Assembly: GCA_045807765.1 (NCBI GenBank)
Contig: JBJMGU010000271.1
Span: 1,200 to 65,199 of the forward strand
Direction of reading: 5' to 3'
Origin: Blastocatellia bacterium
Lineage (GTDB): Bacteria; Acidobacteriota; Blastocatellia; UBA7656
DNA length: 64,000 nucleotides
Below, one piece after another: positions 1-11,606 of this stretch. The notes beneath the pieces were generated by a model that had not been told where the DNA came from, did not search any database, and was given only the letters and a program-made list of their open reading frames with translations. How positions within the stretch are numbered: the stretch's first letter is position 1; each line of letters opens with the position of its first letter. The translations under genes and the position numbers were made by a program.

Positions 1-276
1 CGCCAAGCTGTTTGAAGACGATGGTCTGATTCTGCAACTGGCCCTTGAGCAAACGGGTGACGTTGACTTTGACGTAGGTGTTAATGGTCTGGTGATCGGC
101 ATCCCATTGGGCTTTGACTGATTGCACATCGCCGATCAGGATGACGCGCGACGAAGCAATCAACTCTTCGTCCGTGAGCATCACCGCCGTCGTCGCCGTG
201 CCGATGTTGGCAGCAAACAACAGAGCCAGTAGTAGTGCGAAAACCTGAGCCGCAGGCTTTAAGATCGAATGTTTCA
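1..276 (-). CDS. Hypothetical secreted protein, partial: only the N-terminus lies in the window and the gene continues past position 1
   Basis: Minus-strand ATG at 276-274 is preceded by GAGGAG about 8 nt upstream. Translation begins MKHSILKPAAQVFALLLALLFAANIGTATTAVMLTDEEL..., a signal-peptide-like N-terminus. The reading frame stays open to the window edge. It is absent from the ORF track because it is truncated. Confidence 0.5.
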
Positions 277-645
277 TCAAGCGAATCTCCTCTATGAAGT
301 TTCCGAGGCGCGACACGCGCCGCACGGGGACACTGGTTCGTAATCGGGACGGACGAATTGCAGGCCGATGATTCAAAGCACGAGTGAATCAACGCGAAAG
401 GCCGAAGGTGAGGGATTAGTGACCAATCAACCGACTTACCGGGACAACCTGCTGGCTCGTTCTTGCTGTTTTATCGGAACTGAGGCAACCGGGATTTTCC
501 CATAGACCGTGGACGCTGTCAATAATCGCAACATTTTCATCATAATTTGCCGGCCTTATCCGCTCTGCCGGGCAGTGGAAGATTTGTATTCACTCTATAG
601 GGGTGTTGAATTACACTCGCCTCGGAGCCCCGCTCAATTTGGAAG

Positions 646-2319
646 GTGCTGAAGATGCTTGAAACCGGAAGCGTACTGCAAGGCCGCTATGAAATTCTCA
701 AGCCGATTGGCGAGGGCGGCATGGGCGCCGTTTATCTGGCGCGCGATCAGCGGCTCGGCAACACCGTCGCCTTGAAAGAGACCTTCTTTTCGGACACGAC
801 GTTGCTGGCAGCGTTCGAGCGCGAGGCCCGCTTGCTTGCCGGGTTGCGCCACACGGCGCTGCCGAAAGTGATTGACCACTTCGCCGACAACGGTCAGTTT
901 CTCGTCATGGAATACATCCCCGGCGATGACCTGTACGACATGCTCGATGCCAGCATAGACCCGCCGCCGGTGGCCGACGTGCTGCAATGGGCTGACCAGT
1001 TGCTCGACGCGCTCGATTACTTGCACGCGCAAGAGCCGCCGATCATTCACCGCGATATCAAGCCGCAAAATTTGAAGCTGACGGTGAGGAATCAGATCGT
1101 CCTGCTCGACTTCGGCCTGGCCAAAGGCAAGACCGTCGAGATGACCTGTAGCGATTCGAACTCAAGTATCTTTGGTTACACGCCGAGCTATGCGCCGCTC
1201 GAACAGATTCAAGGTTCAGGCACGGATGTGCGCAGCGACATCTATGCGCTGGCCGCGACGCTTTATCACCTGCTAACCGCCCAGAAGCCGGTTGACGCAT
1301 TGACCCGCGCTTCGGCGGTCTTGGATGGACAGCCCGACCCGCTCGCTCCTGCCGCTGAAGTGAACGCGAAGGTAATGGCTCGCGTGAGCGATGTCATCAT
1401 GCAGGGCATGGCTTTGAACAAGAACCAGCGCCTGGCGAGCGCCGCCGAGATGCGCGAAAGGTTGCGCGAGGCGACGCGCCCGAGCCAACCCGAGGCGGCG
1501 AGAACGCCGTCGCCATTGCTCCGCACAGAGATCAACACGTCGGGCGGCCCCGCGGCCTTGCGCGGCGCTTCGACTAATGTCCTCGCTTCTACGCCCGCGA
1601 CTTTTGCGCCGGCGGCAGAGAAACCCGCTCCGCTGCCGATGCGCGCTTCGGCACCCACTTTGAAAAGCGCGGTGCCGGCGCGAATGAATGAAAGCCGCGT
1701 GAACCGCGTTCTGCCGGCGACATCGGCGCAGCGGCGTTCAGCGACCGTCGAGCTATCAAACCGCGACGTCAGCATGTCCAAAGTCATCGCCGCAGGTGCC
1801 ATTCTGGTAGTCGCGGTGGCGCTCGTCGTCTTTGTTTTTACACGCGGCGCAAAACGTGATGAGGCGAGCGCCGCTCCTATCACCCTTCCGAAGAATGAAC
1901 CGGCAACGGCTCCTGCGCCATCGAGCGAGCGCGCGACGAGCGCGGTCGAAGATCGCACAGGGTCAAATGCCGGCGCTCAACCGGTCGCCGCGAGCAAGCC
2001 GGCAACAAGCGCCGAACAACGCCCGCAGTCTGAAGAAACCGCAGCGAAGGAAACGCCGAAAGCAGAAGCGAGCGGCTCGCCTGAAGCCAGGCCGGCAGAG
2101 CCTGTGCGAGCGCAAGGACAGGTTCCGAGCATGCAAGAGCCTGAAGGGACAAAGCCATTGCCGCGCCCTGCGGAAGAAGAGCCGCGGCGCGAGCCTGTGC
2201 GCCAGGAACGGCCCATGCCACAACCGCCCGATCAAGGGCCACCGATGGATCGCATGCATCCGCCGCCACCTTTCCCGCCGCCGGGCGGCATGCCGCCTCC
2301 AGGTCGAAGGCGGCCTTGA
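646..2319 (+). CDS. Serine/threonine protein kinase with a C-terminal TM helix and a Pro/Ala-rich low-complexity tail
   Basis: Hanks kinase motifs are present: [11 protein letters not shown] (Gly loop), VALKE (Lys), HRDIKPQNL (catalytic loop) and DFGLAK. A hydrophobic segment [19 protein letters not shown] follows, then a P/A/E-rich tail. A GGAAGGTG ribosome-binding site lies upstream. Confidence 0.85.
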   Translation: MLKMLETGSVLQGRYEILKPIGEGGMGAVYLARDQRLGNTVALKETFFSDTTLLAAFEREARLLAGLRHTALPKVIDHFADNGQFLVMEYIPGDDLYDMLDASIDPPPVADVLQWADQLLDALDYLHAQEPPIIHRDIKPQNLKLTVRNQIVLLDFGLAKGKTVEMTCSDSNSSIFGYTPSYAPLEQIQGSGTDVRSDIYALAATLYHLLTAQKPVDALTRASAVLDGQPDPLAPAAEVNAKVMARVSDVIMQGMALNKNQRLASAAEMRERLREATRPSQPEAARTPSPLLRTEINTSGGPAALRGASTNVLASTPATFAPAAEKPAPLPMRASAPTLKSAVPARMNESRVNRVLPATSAQRRSATVELSNRDVSMSKVIAAGAILVVAVALVVFVFTRGAKRDEASAAPITLPKNEPATAPAPSSERATSAVEDRTGSNAGAQPVAASKPATSAEQRPQSEETAAKETPKAEASGSPEARPAEPVRAQGQVPSMQEPEGTKPLPRPAEEEPRREPVRQERPMPQPPDQGPPMDRMHPPPPFPPPGGMPPPGRRRP

Positions 2320-2602
2320 GACAGTTAATCGCCGGCAGGAAAGTTCAAACGCCATCTAAGACTAGATTTGAGCGGCGGGTATGGACTGTCTCTAAACTTG
2401 CCTTCTGATGTATTGCAATCCGGCATAACAAAGGAGTGCAGTATAGGTCACGAATTTCTCAGCCTGCTATTTTCTTGTTGAGTCCCGGCGAGATTCTGCA
2501 TATACTGGGCGCATCTTTTTTCAGGTTGAGACGAAGGGATTCGATGCCGAACCATCGCACCACACCTCGCCACTCTGGCCAAGCATAAGGAGCGCTTGTC
2601 GT

Positions 2603-3079
2603 ATGTCGGGCCTATGCGACCGATGCAATGAAAAGACCAGCCATCTCGTAAACATCACGCGCGTGCAGGAACTCGCCGCCCTTGCGCAGCTTGGCTACCG
2701 CCAGGTCTGCACCGCCTGCTACGACGATCTGCTGGCCGAAGCCAGCGAAGTCGAGGACGCCGACGAAGATCGCCGCTCGGAACGGCGCGCCCAGGTCGCC
2801 ATCAAAGCGCGCGTCGAGGGCAACACCACGCACCTTGCGCCATTTGCTGAAGAGATGACTATCGAAGAGATCAGTCCATCGGGCCTGCGCCTGCACACCG
2901 GGCGCGACATCGAGCCGGGCACCGTGCTGAAAGTCAGCGTGCCGTCATACGATTTTGACGTCACGGCCATCGTTGAAGCCGTCTGGCGCGATGGCGGCGA
3001 GCACAAGGTCGGACTCAAGCTCGTCGAGCCAAGCGAAGGCTGGCAACAATTGTGGAACGATAACGCGCCGGAAGAGTAG
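2603..3079 (+). CDS. PilZ-domain protein (putative c-di-GMP binding) with an N-terminal CxxC...CxxC zinc ribbon
   Basis: The N-terminus carries CDRC...CTAC (two CxxC pairs). The C-terminal half has PilZ-like RxxxR and D-x-S-x-x-G motifs (RRSERR ... DISPSGLRLHTG) followed by a beta-rich segment. Confidence 0.55.
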   Translation: MSGLCDRCNEKTSHLVNITRVQELAALAQLGYRQVCTACYDDLLAEASEVEDADEDRRSERRAQVAIKARVEGNTTHLAPFAEEMTIEEISPSGLRLHTGRDIEPGTVLKVSVPSYDFDVTAIVEAVWRDGGEHKVGLKLVEPSEGWQQLWNDNAPEE

Positions 3080-3186
3080 GGACTAGGGACTAGGGGCTAG
3101 GGGTGTGAGCGAAAGCCAGCGTCTAAAACCAGCCAGTGTTGAGACCAAATAGTGCCTCTTTATCCTAGCCCCTAGTCCCTAGCCCC
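3080..3186. repeat. Long intergenic inverted repeat whose stem is built from tandem GGGACTA/GGGGCTA heptamers
   Basis: Left arm gggactagggactaggggctagggg (3080-3104); right arm cctagcccctagtccctagcccc (3165-3186). The arms are reverse complements with a stem of about 20 bp and a loop of about 60 nt. It lies between the PilZ gene stop (3079) and the thrC start (3210). Confidence 0.6.
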
Positions 3187-3209
3187 TTCCCTCTGCTACC
3201 CTTCCTGCG

Positions 3210-4544
3210 ATGAGCGATACACATTCAACGGCGCGCTTGCGCTGCATCGAAGCGCATTGCGCGGCAACCTACAAAGCAACCGAGCGACTTTATACTTGTA
3301 CACATTGTGGCGGCCTGCTCGATGTCGCTTATGATTTCCGTTTGCCGGCCGGCGTTGCCGAGATGCGAGCGCGCTTCCGCGAGCGCCGCATGGCGAATGA
3401 TGCCATCGAGCGCAGCGGCGTCTGGCGCTTCCGCGAGCTATTGCCCTTCATTGACGACCCGGCGCAGATTGTCACACTGGCCGAAGGCAATACGCCGCTT
3501 TATACGGCGCCACGCTCGGCTGAGTATGCAGGATTAAAGAGCCTGCGATTGAAGCATCAAGGCATGAACCCTACGGGGTCGTTTAAAGATAACGGCATGA
3601 CGACCGGCGTGACCCAGGCCGTCCGTCTTGGCGCGACGGCGGTGGCCTGCGCCTCGACCGGCAACACTTCGGCTTCGATGGCGGCTTACGCGGCGCGCGC
3701 AGGCTTGCGGGCGCTGGTCTTCATTCCCGCCGGTCAGGTCGCTTACGGCAAGCTCTCGCAGGCGCTCGAATACAATGCGACGGTCATCGAGATTGAAGGT
3801 AATTTTGATGACGCCATGCGCATTGTCCGCGAGATTGCCAAAGAGACAGACATCTATCTGCTCAACTCGATCAATCCGTTTCGGCTCGAAGGCCAGAAGG
3901 CCATCGCCATCGAATTGTTCGAGCAGTGCGACTGGCAATCGCCTGATTGGATCGTCCTGCCCGGCGGCAACCTCGGCAATTCGTCGGCGTTTGGCAAAGC
4001 GATTGATGAGCTGGCGGCGCTCGGCTTCATCGAGCGGGTGCCCCGTCTGGCCATCATTCAGGCCGAAGGCGCTTCGCCTTTTTATGAGCTGTTCGCATCA
4101 GCCGATCACGCAACGTTCCGCTCGCAACCGCAGCCTGCGACCCTGGCGACCGCCATTCGCATTGGCAACCCAGTGTCGTGGAAGAAAGCGCTGCGCGCCA
4201 TCGAGCGCACCGGTGGCGTCGTCGAGCGCGTCAGCGAGCAGGAGATTGCCGACGCCAAAGCGATGATCGGGCGTGACGGCGTCGGCTGTGAGCCGGCTTC
4301 GGCGGCGACGCTCGCCGGCATCAAGAAGCTGGTCGCGGCAGGTGTAATCAAAACAACTGACGACGTAGCGGCGGTGTTGACCGGCAACCTGTTGAAAGAC
4401 CCGAGCTACACCGTCGCCTATCACACAGGCAAGCTGGCAATTGATCGTGAAGGCGAGCCGCAAGCCATCACCGGCAGCTTCGCCAATCGTCCCCTGCGCG
4501 TCGCGGCGGACAAGCAACAGATCAAGCGCTTGCTGGGCGCATAG
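3210..4544 (+). CDS. thrC: Threonine synthase
   Basis: 444 aa. PLP-fold motifs FKDNGMTTG (Lys) and [15 protein letters not shown] are present. An N-terminal Cys-rich segment (CIEAHC...CTHCGG) is typical of long-form ThrC. Confidence 0.9.
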   Translation: MSDTHSTARLRCIEAHCAATYKATERLYTCTHCGGLLDVAYDFRLPAGVAEMRARFRERRMANDAIERSGVWRFRELLPFIDDPAQIVTLAEGNTPLYTAPRSAEYAGLKSLRLKHQGMNPTGSFKDNGMTTGVTQAVRLGATAVACASTGNTSASMAAYAARAGLRALVFIPAGQVAYGKLSQALEYNATVIEIEGNFDDAMRIVREIAKETDIYLLNSINPFRLEGQKAIAIELFEQCDWQSPDWIVLPGGNLGNSSAFGKAIDELAALGFIERVPRLAIIQAEGASPFYELFASADHATFRSQPQPATLATAIRIGNPVSWKKALRAIERTGGVVERVSEQEIADAKAMIGRDGVGCEPASAATLAGIKKLVAAGVIKTTDDVAAVLTGNLLKDPSYTVAYHTGKLAIDREGEPQAITGSFANRPLRVAADKQQIKRLLGA

Positions 4545-4632
4545 GGTTGAGCCGCTCGGCGGTCACTTATCACATTCAAGATCGAGACCAATTATCGCAA
4601 TCAGGATCGAGACCGAAGTCGGAGGAGGACTT

Positions 4633-5429
4633 ATGCCGGAATGGTTCAAGCTATTAGGCATCGCTATTGTTGTCATCGGCCTGGCGCTCAAGCTGCGCAC
4701 GACGCTGGTCGTGGTCGTCGCGGCGCTGGTTACGGGATTGCTCGCCGGCATCCCGCTGTTTTCGAGCGCCGGCTTCTTTGAGGGCCTGCCTTATCTGACG
4801 CAGCCGGGCAAAGAAGGCATCATCAACATGCTGGGCCGCGCCTTTGTTGACAACCGTCTGATGACGCTATTTATGCTGACGCTGCCGGCCATCGGCCTTG
4901 CCGAGCGCTACGGCTTGCAAGAGCAATCGGCGCGATGGATTCAGCGAATTCGCGCCGCGACCGTCGGGCGGTTGAGCCTGGTTTATCAGTTGTTCCGCGT
5001 GCTGCACGGCATCATGGGCGTGCGGCTCAATGGCCATCCGCCGTTCGTCCGCCCGCTGGTCTTCCCGATGGCTTTAGGCGCTGCCCAATCGCAAGCGGGT
5101 CGGCAAAGCGCCGACGAGCTGCCCGAAGCAAAGGTCGAAGAGATTAAAGCGGCGACCGCCGCCGCTGAAAACTACGGCAACTTTTATGGACAGAACCTGT
5201 CGCCGGTGCAGCCGGGCATCCTGCTGGTCTTCGGCGTGATGGCGGGCCTCGGTTATCAAGTCAGCGTCTGGCGGCTGGTGCTGTTCACGACACCGATTGT
5301 TGGGTTATCAATTATCCTCGCCGCCCTGCAATTCCACTGGCTCGACCGACGTTATCGAAAAGAGGCGTCCGCCGCCGCGCCGCCAACTTCAGACGGCGAC
5401 GCGGCGCTCGAAGGAAAGGCGGTGTCGGT

Positions 5430-5433
<4 letters not shown>
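4633..5433 (+). CDS. Integral membrane protein, DUF969-like (first gene of a membrane-protein pair)
   Basis: ATG at 4633 is preceded by GGAGGAGG. The protein has multiple TM helices ([21 protein letters not shown]...). Its stop overlaps the next gene's start (ATGA). The family assignment is from memory of DUF969/DUF979 pairs and is not verified. Confidence 0.6.
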
Positions 5434-6413
<980 letters not shown>

Positions 6414-6440
6414 TCGCCGGGCCGCCTGCACGGCCCACGC

Positions 6441-7439
6441 TTACGACACGGCGAAGGCATCAATCATCGCGCGCACGTCGTCGCCGAGCGGGTATAGCAC
6501 AGGGCAGGTGCAGCCGGCTTCGATGTACTCGGCGACTTTGGCGCGGCATTCGTCGGGCGTTCCCGAAGCGGTTATCAGTTGCACGACCTCGTCGGGGACG
6601 AGCTTCATCGCTTCGCGTATCTGATGCTCTTCGGCGGGCCAGGTCAATACGCGGCTGATCTCGTCGAGCAACCCCTGACTAACGCCGCTGGCTTTCATGA
6701 TGTGCGGCTGCTGGCCGAGGTACTGCGTCACCAGCTTGCGGGCGTTATCGAGCGCGCGGCCCCGGTCTTCGTCAAGCGAGCAGACGACCAGTTGCGGGCG
6801 GTCAATTGCGGCCACGGTGCGACCCGCGCGCGCTGCGCCGGCTTCGAGATGCTGCATCGCTTCGCGGTTGTACGCCGGCGACACCAGATAATTGAGCAAC
6901 ACACCGTCAGCAATCTCGCCCGACAGCTCCATCATCTTCATGCCGGTCGCGCCGATGTAGATCGGCACGCGCTTGGGCGAGCGGTCGCCATGCACGATGT
7001 CTATCTCGATTTCTTCGACGTTGACGAACTCGCCTTTGAAGCTGACTTTCTCCATTGCCAGCAGTCGCCGAACGACTTCGACGGTTTCGCGCATGGCCAG
7101 TAGCGGCTTGCGGCGCTGGACGCCGACTTTGGTTGCAAGTGGTTCCCACCAGACGCCCAGCCCGCAGAGAATTCGTCCCGGCGCCAGATCGTCGAGCGTC
7201 GAGAAGGTCTGAGCGATGAGCGCAGCATTGCGCGTCCAGTTGTTGATGACGCCAGAGCCAACCTGTATGCGATTGGTGGTCGCGGCAAACGCCGCCATCG
7301 GCACAATAGCATCGCGCACCAGTCGCGATTCGGCCTGCCACACGGCTTCAAAGCCGCGCGCTTCGGCATAACGCACATACTCGATGGCTTCACTGAGCGG
7401 GTGCTTGTCTTGCAGGTAGAGCGCCACACGATGATTCAT
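6441..7439 (-). CDS. LLM-class (luciferase-like) flavin/F420-dependent oxidoreductase
   Basis: Luciferase-like TIM-barrel sequence features: ...[22 protein letters not shown]...[11 protein letters not shown].... Start chosen at MNHRVALY, with AAAGGAGAAAAG immediately upstream. Confidence 0.8.
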   Translation of the reverse strand: MNHRVALYLQDKHPLSEAIEYVRYAEARGFEAVWQAESRLVRDAIVPMAAFAATTNRIQVGSGVINNWTRNAALIAQTFSTLDDLAPGRILCGLGVWWEPLATKVGVQRRKPLLAMRETVEVVRRLLAMEKVSFKGEFVNVEEIEIDIVHGDRSPKRVPIYIGATGMKMMELSGEIADGVLLNYLVSPAYNREAMQHLEAGAARAGRTVAAIDRPQLVVCSLDEDRGRALDNARKLVTQYLGQQPHIMKASGVSQGLLDEISRVLTWPAEEHQIREAMKLVPDEVVQLITASGTPDECRAKVAEYIEAGCTCPVLYPLGDDVRAMIDAFAVS

Positions 7440-7589
7440 CTTTTCTCCTTTTCTGACCGACGACAATAGCTTAGAGCGCCGTCGCGGGGCAAGTTTGATC
7501 GGCTCCGGGCGGCGGCCGCGTTCTCGTGCAGCCGCGTGGCGGCTCTGCTAGACTTGAGCGCGCGGAATCTTGCTACATGGATGAATGTT

Positions 7590-9203
7590 ATGAAGACTCC
7601 AGACCTGGTTTTGAAACGTGGGATAATCTATGACGGCACAGGCCGCCCGCCTGTAACTGGCGACATCGGCATCTTTGGTGACTCCATTCAGGCGATTGAC
7701 GCCGCAGGCGCGCTGCACGGCGCGGACGAGATCGATTGCCAGGGCTTGAGTATCGCGCCCGGCTTCATCGATACGCACAGTCACTCGGACATCCGCGTTC
7801 TGACCGAGCCGCAGTTGCCGATGAAAGTCCGCCAGGGCATCACGCTTGAAGTCTTCGGCCAGGACGGCTTGTCGGTCGCGCCCATTCGCCGCGAGGATCG
7901 GCGGCAGGTGGCCGAGCAGCTCGCCGGCCTTGACGGCAGCCTCGATCACGAGTGGGAGTGGCATACGGTCGCCGAATACCTTGAGGCCATCGAGCGGGCG
8001 CGGCCTTCGCTCGACTGCGCTTACTTGATTCCGCACGGTCAGGTGCGGCTCTACGTGATGGGCATGGAAGACCGCCGGGCAACCGTCGAAGAAATCGCCG
8101 CCATGCAGCAACTCATTCGCGAAGCGATGCGCGATGGCGCGCTGGGATTGTCAACCGGCCTGATCTATCCACCCTGTTGTTATGCGGACACCGCTGAATT
8201 GATCGAGCTGGCGCGCGCGGTCGCCGAATTCGACGGCGTCTTCGTCGCGCACATGCGCAGCGAGAGCGATTACATCGAAGACTCTGTGGCCGAGATGATC
8301 GAGATCGGCCAGTCTGCCCAGGTGCGCGCTCACATCTCGCATTTCAAGATCGCCGGGCGCGAGAACTGGCCGCGCATCAATACGGTGCTCGAGATGATTC
8401 ACGCAGCGCAGGTGGCGGGCCTGCGATTGACTGCCGATCAGTATCCTTACATCGCCGGCTCGACTATGCTCAGCGCCATGCTGCCGCCGTGGGCGCACGC
8501 CGGCGGCGTCAAAGCAACGCTGGCGCGGCTGGTCAGTGCGGACGAGCGCCAGCGCATGCGGCGCGAGATGTTCGACCGCAGCCCGGCGCACTGGGACAAT
8601 TTCTGGAAGTGGTCAGGCCCCGAAGGCATCATCGTCTCTGACATCCCTTCGGGCAATCACCCTGAATACGTGGGCAAGAACCTTGCCGAAGCCGCCGCTC
8701 TGGCGCAACAGGCCGAGCAGGTCAGTGAAGAGGCCGCAATGGAGTTTGCGTTTGACTTGCTGGCCGCAGAGCGCCTGGGCGTCGGCATGATCAGCTTTAG
8801 CCAGTCGGAAGAGGTTGTCCGCAAGATCATCACGCAGCCTTACGTCAATGTCTGCACCGACGGCTTGCTCGGCGGCAAACCGCACCCGCGCGCTTACGGG
8901 ACGTATCCGCGCATCCTCGGTCGCTACGTGCGCGAGCAGAAGCAAATTTCACTTACGGAAGCGGTGCGCAAGATGACGGGGCTTGCGGCAGAGACCTTTC
9001 AGTTGAAACGTCACGGCGTGATCGCCGAGGGCCGACGGGCGAACCTGGTCGTCTTTGACGCCGCGCGCGTGATTGACACCGCGACGTTTAGCGATTCGCG
9101 GCAATACCCCGAAGGCATCGATCACGTTATTGTCGCCGGCCAGCCGGTGATTCGCGACGGCCAATCTTACATCGAAGGCAGCGGCACGGCCATCAAGCGA
9201 TAA
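7590..9203 (+). CDS. N-acyl-D-amino-acid deacylase (D-aminoacylase), amidohydrolase superfamily
   Basis: Amidohydrolase metal-binding motif GFIDTHSHSD and the overall ~540 aa D-aminoacylase architecture. The start is ambiguous among 7536, 7581 and 7590. Confidence 0.8.
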   Translation: MKTPDLVLKRGIIYDGTGRPPVTGDIGIFGDSIQAIDAAGALHGADEIDCQGLSIAPGFIDTHSHSDIRVLTEPQLPMKVRQGITLEVFGQDGLSVAPIRREDRRQVAEQLAGLDGSLDHEWEWHTVAEYLEAIERARPSLDCAYLIPHGQVRLYVMGMEDRRATVEEIAAMQQLIREAMRDGALGLSTGLIYPPCCYADTAELIELARAVAEFDGVFVAHMRSESDYIEDSVAEMIEIGQSAQVRAHISHFKIAGRENWPRINTVLEMIHAAQVAGLRLTADQYPYIAGSTMLSAMLPPWAHAGGVKATLARLVSADERQRMRREMFDRSPAHWDNFWKWSGPEGIIVSDIPSGNHPEYVGKNLAEAAALAQQAEQVSEEAAMEFAFDLLAAERLGVGMISFSQSEEVVRKIITQPYVNVCTDGLLGGKPHPRAYGTYPRILGRYVREQKQISLTEAVRKMTGLAAETFQLKRHGVIAEGRRANLVVFDAARVIDTATFSDSRQYPEGIDHVIVAGQPVIRDGQSYIEGSGTAIKR

Positions 9204-10032
9204 TCAGCCCGGCGTACTGGTCTACGAGTGGCATGACGGTGTCGCGGTCGGCAGGCGGCAGCATCAGGATAGCGCGCTCGACGCCAATGGCTTCGAGTTG
9301 ATCCAGGGCTTCGCGCTCGGGCTTCGCGCCAAAGATGGTAATCGAAATCGCCTGCGGGTCACGGTCCGCCTCTTCAGCGCGGCGGCGCAACTCAGCGATC
9401 TTTTCAGCCAACCCCTCCAGGCGATAACCGATTGGCATCCAGCCGTCACAGAACTCGGCCACGTAATCAAACGTCTTGGACGCAAATCCGCCCATGAAGA
9501 TCGGCGGGTGGGGCTTCTGCACAGGCTTCGGGTATGACCAGACGGGATCGAAGTTGACGAAGCGCCCGTGGAACTCGGCTTCCTCTTTCGTCCAGATCTC
9601 TTTCATCGCCAGCACGCGCTCGCGCAGCAGGCTGAAGCGCGTCTTGTAGGCGGTGCCGTGATTTTCCATCTCTTCAGCGTTCCAGCCAGCGCCGATGCCG
9701 AAGATGAAGCGCCCGTTCGACAGCCGGTCGAGACTGGCGACCTCTTTGGCCGTCGTGATGGGATCGCGCTCGATGATCAAACAGATGCCGGTCGCAACCT
9801 TGAGCTTCGTGGTGACGCTTGCCGCCGCCGTCAGCGCGACGAACGGGTCATAGGTGTGCCAGTACTCTTTCGGCAAATCGGTGCCGCCGGGGTAAGGCGT
9901 GCGGCGGCTTGCGGGAATGTGCGTGTGTTCGGGAACCCAGAGCGATTCAAAGCCGCGCGCTTCAAGCTCGCGCGCCAGATCGTCCGGGCGCATCGCGTAA
10001 TCGGTGGAAAACATGCCGGCGCCGTAAAGCAT
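9193..10032 (-). CDS. LLM-class F420-dependent oxidoreductase
   Basis: Luciferase-like family sequence: ...GFESLWVPEHTHIP...GICLIIERDP.... Start at MLYGAGMFST, with GGAGG 5 nt upstream. Confidence 0.8.
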   Translation of the reverse strand: MLYGAGMFSTDYAMRPDDLARELEARGFESLWVPEHTHIPASRRTPYPGGTDLPKEYWHTYDPFVALTAAASVTTKLKVATGICLIIERDPITTAKEVASLDRLSNGRFIFGIGAGWNAEEMENHGTAYKTRFSLLRERVLAMKEIWTKEEAEFHGRFVNFDPVWSYPKPVQKPHPPIFMGGFASKTFDYVAEFCDGWMPIGYRLEGLAEKIAELRRRAEEADRDPQAISITIFGAKPEREALDQLEAIGVERAILMLPPADRDTVMPLVDQYAGLIIA

Positions 10033-10100
10033 AACTGCCTCCAGTGTGATGATGTGCAAACGCCACCATCATACCGGCAGTCCGGCACAGACAGCAAAGT

Positions 10101-10181
10101 GGAACCACAGATGAACACAGATGAACACCGATAGAAATCTTTTCTTCTTATCTGTGTTCATCTGTGTTCATCTGTGGTTGC
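10101..10181. repeat. Palindromic intergenic element, copy 1: stem built of tandem ACAGATGAAC units (MITE/REP-like)
   Basis: ggaaccacagatgaacacagatgaacaccgata - loop (gaaatcttttcttctta) - tctgtgttcatctgtgttcatctgtggttgc. This gives a ~28 bp stem with one mismatch. The ends are shared with copy 2 at 27146-27222. Confidence 0.7.
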
Positions 10182-10187
10182 TTTTCC

Positions 10188-11060
10188 TTAGGCTACTGTT
10201 TCAGCGAGCGCGACTTCCGTGGGTTCGGCGGCGCGCGCGAAGATGGCACCTTGATAGAGCGCCGCCATCAGCCAGCAGCACGCGAACGTCCACAGCAGGT
10301 ACTGCTCGACGAACGTGGCCGCAGGCTTCGACCATCCCGACAGCAACGCCAGCGCCAGGAACGAACCGTCGCGCGCCACGCCCGCTACGACGACCATGTT
10401 CCAGACGCGCGCCACCGCGCCGCCGCCCATCTGCGAGGCGTAGCGGCGCACGACGATGCACAGCGACGCAATGACCGCGCCCACCGAAACGGCCACCAGC
10501 CGGTAGACCATCATGTAACCGTCCGGATTGGCGATGGCGGCCCGAATCAGATTGCCGCGGAAGATGAAGGTCACCACCGGCAGCGCGCACAGCGCCACGA
10601 CGTAGAAGTAATCTATGGGCAGCAGCTTGAAGGGCAGCCCCGTGCTCTTGTACGAGCGGATAGTGGTCAGCAGCGCGCCGACAAATAGCACATCGCTTGC
10701 GGTGTAGAGGTAGCGCAGCACGACGATGTAAAAGAACAGCGCCGCAGAAGCGCCCTCGTGATACTCAGGCAGAAGATTGAACGAGAGCGTCAACAGTCGG
10801 GCTTCGGCCACCAGGCGGACGGTCATAAAGACGACGATCAGCGTCCAGGTCACGTAGCCTGGATCGCCCGCCGCAAACGCCCGGCGGGCGCGGACGAACT
10901 GCGCCACGGCGAAGACCTCGACCAGCACGGTCGCGGCAAACAGCGTCAAGGTCACGGCGGTGCCGGCGGCGGCGCCTTTCAGGCTCATGGCCGCGGCAAA
11001 GATCGCCGGAAAAATCACGAGTGAGAAGACGAACGGCTTGACCAGAGATTTTGCGCTCAT
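10188..11060 (-). CDS. Polytopic integral membrane protein, function unknown
   Basis: 290 aa with about 8 predicted hydrophobic helices and good coding bias. A small ORF (11065-11295) lies 5 nt upstream. Confidence 0.6.
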   Translation of the reverse strand: MSAKSLVKPFVFSLVIFPAIFAAAMSLKGAAAGTAVTLTLFAATVLVEVFAVAQFVRARRAFAAGDPGYVTWTLIVVFMTVRLVAEARLLTLSFNLLPEYHEGASAALFFYIVVLRYLYTASDVLFVGALLTTIRSYKSTGLPFKLLPIDYFYVVALCALPVVTFIFRGNLIRAAIANPDGYMMVYRLVAVSVGAVIASLCIVVRRYASQMGGGAVARVWNMVVVAGVARDGSFLALALLSGWSKPAATFVEQYLLWTFACCWLMAALYQGAIFARAAEPTEVALAETVA

Positions 11061-11064
11061 TTGC

Positions 11065-11295
11065 TTAGACTCCTTTGCCCAGTCTGGCGATTTCTTCAGA
11101 GGCCCGCAGCGCGCCCGCCGTCCCCAACCAGACGGCCATCATCGGACGCATGGCGCTGGCCAGCTCAGGTACGCGGCTCGGCGCGATGTCGTCAAAGGGC
11201 ATGTGCATCTGTATGCAGTAATGTTTCAGCAAGTTCTTGGCGGTCGCTTCTCCAATCACCGGGGCAAGATAGCCGAGAATTTTTTCGTGCATCAT
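11065..11295 (-). CDS. Small hypothetical protein (76 aa) immediately upstream of the membrane protein
   Basis: This ORF has GC3 bias. Its stop is 5 nt from the downstream start, suggesting an operon arrangement. Confidence 0.45.
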   Translation of the reverse strand: MMHEKILGYLAPVIGEATAKNLLKHYCIQMHMPFDDIAPSRVPELASAMRPMMAVWLGTAGALRASEEIARLGKGV

Positions 11296-11606
11296 GACGG
11301 TTCCCTACCCTTCGCGCCTGTGGCGCAGGTGCAGGCGAATGCTGTCGCTGTAACGACGAAGCTCGAAACCGGGAGCGTTGCAAAGGGCATTGACGAGAGA
11401 AGCCTGAGCCGCGAGGCGTTGCTAAAGGACTATCGCTTACCTGGCGAGTTGCATTATAGTGCGGGCCAACTGCTGGTCAATAGTTTTTGCATGGGCATCG
11501 TCCGTGTGTCACTCAAGAAAGTGCCACACTTCCCCAGACTCGCGACAGCATTGCTCTATAAAATACTTCATCGGGAAGCCAAGAAAAGCTGCCTGCCGGA
11601 GGGACT

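Noticed and set aside
1266-2359. Multiple overlapping ORFs on both strands inside the kinase gene (for example 1266-1958 minus, 1832-2359 plus, 1963-2355 minus)
   Set aside because: These are high-GC shadow ORFs with Arg/Ala/Pro-rich translations. They lie wholly within the well-supported kinase CDS.
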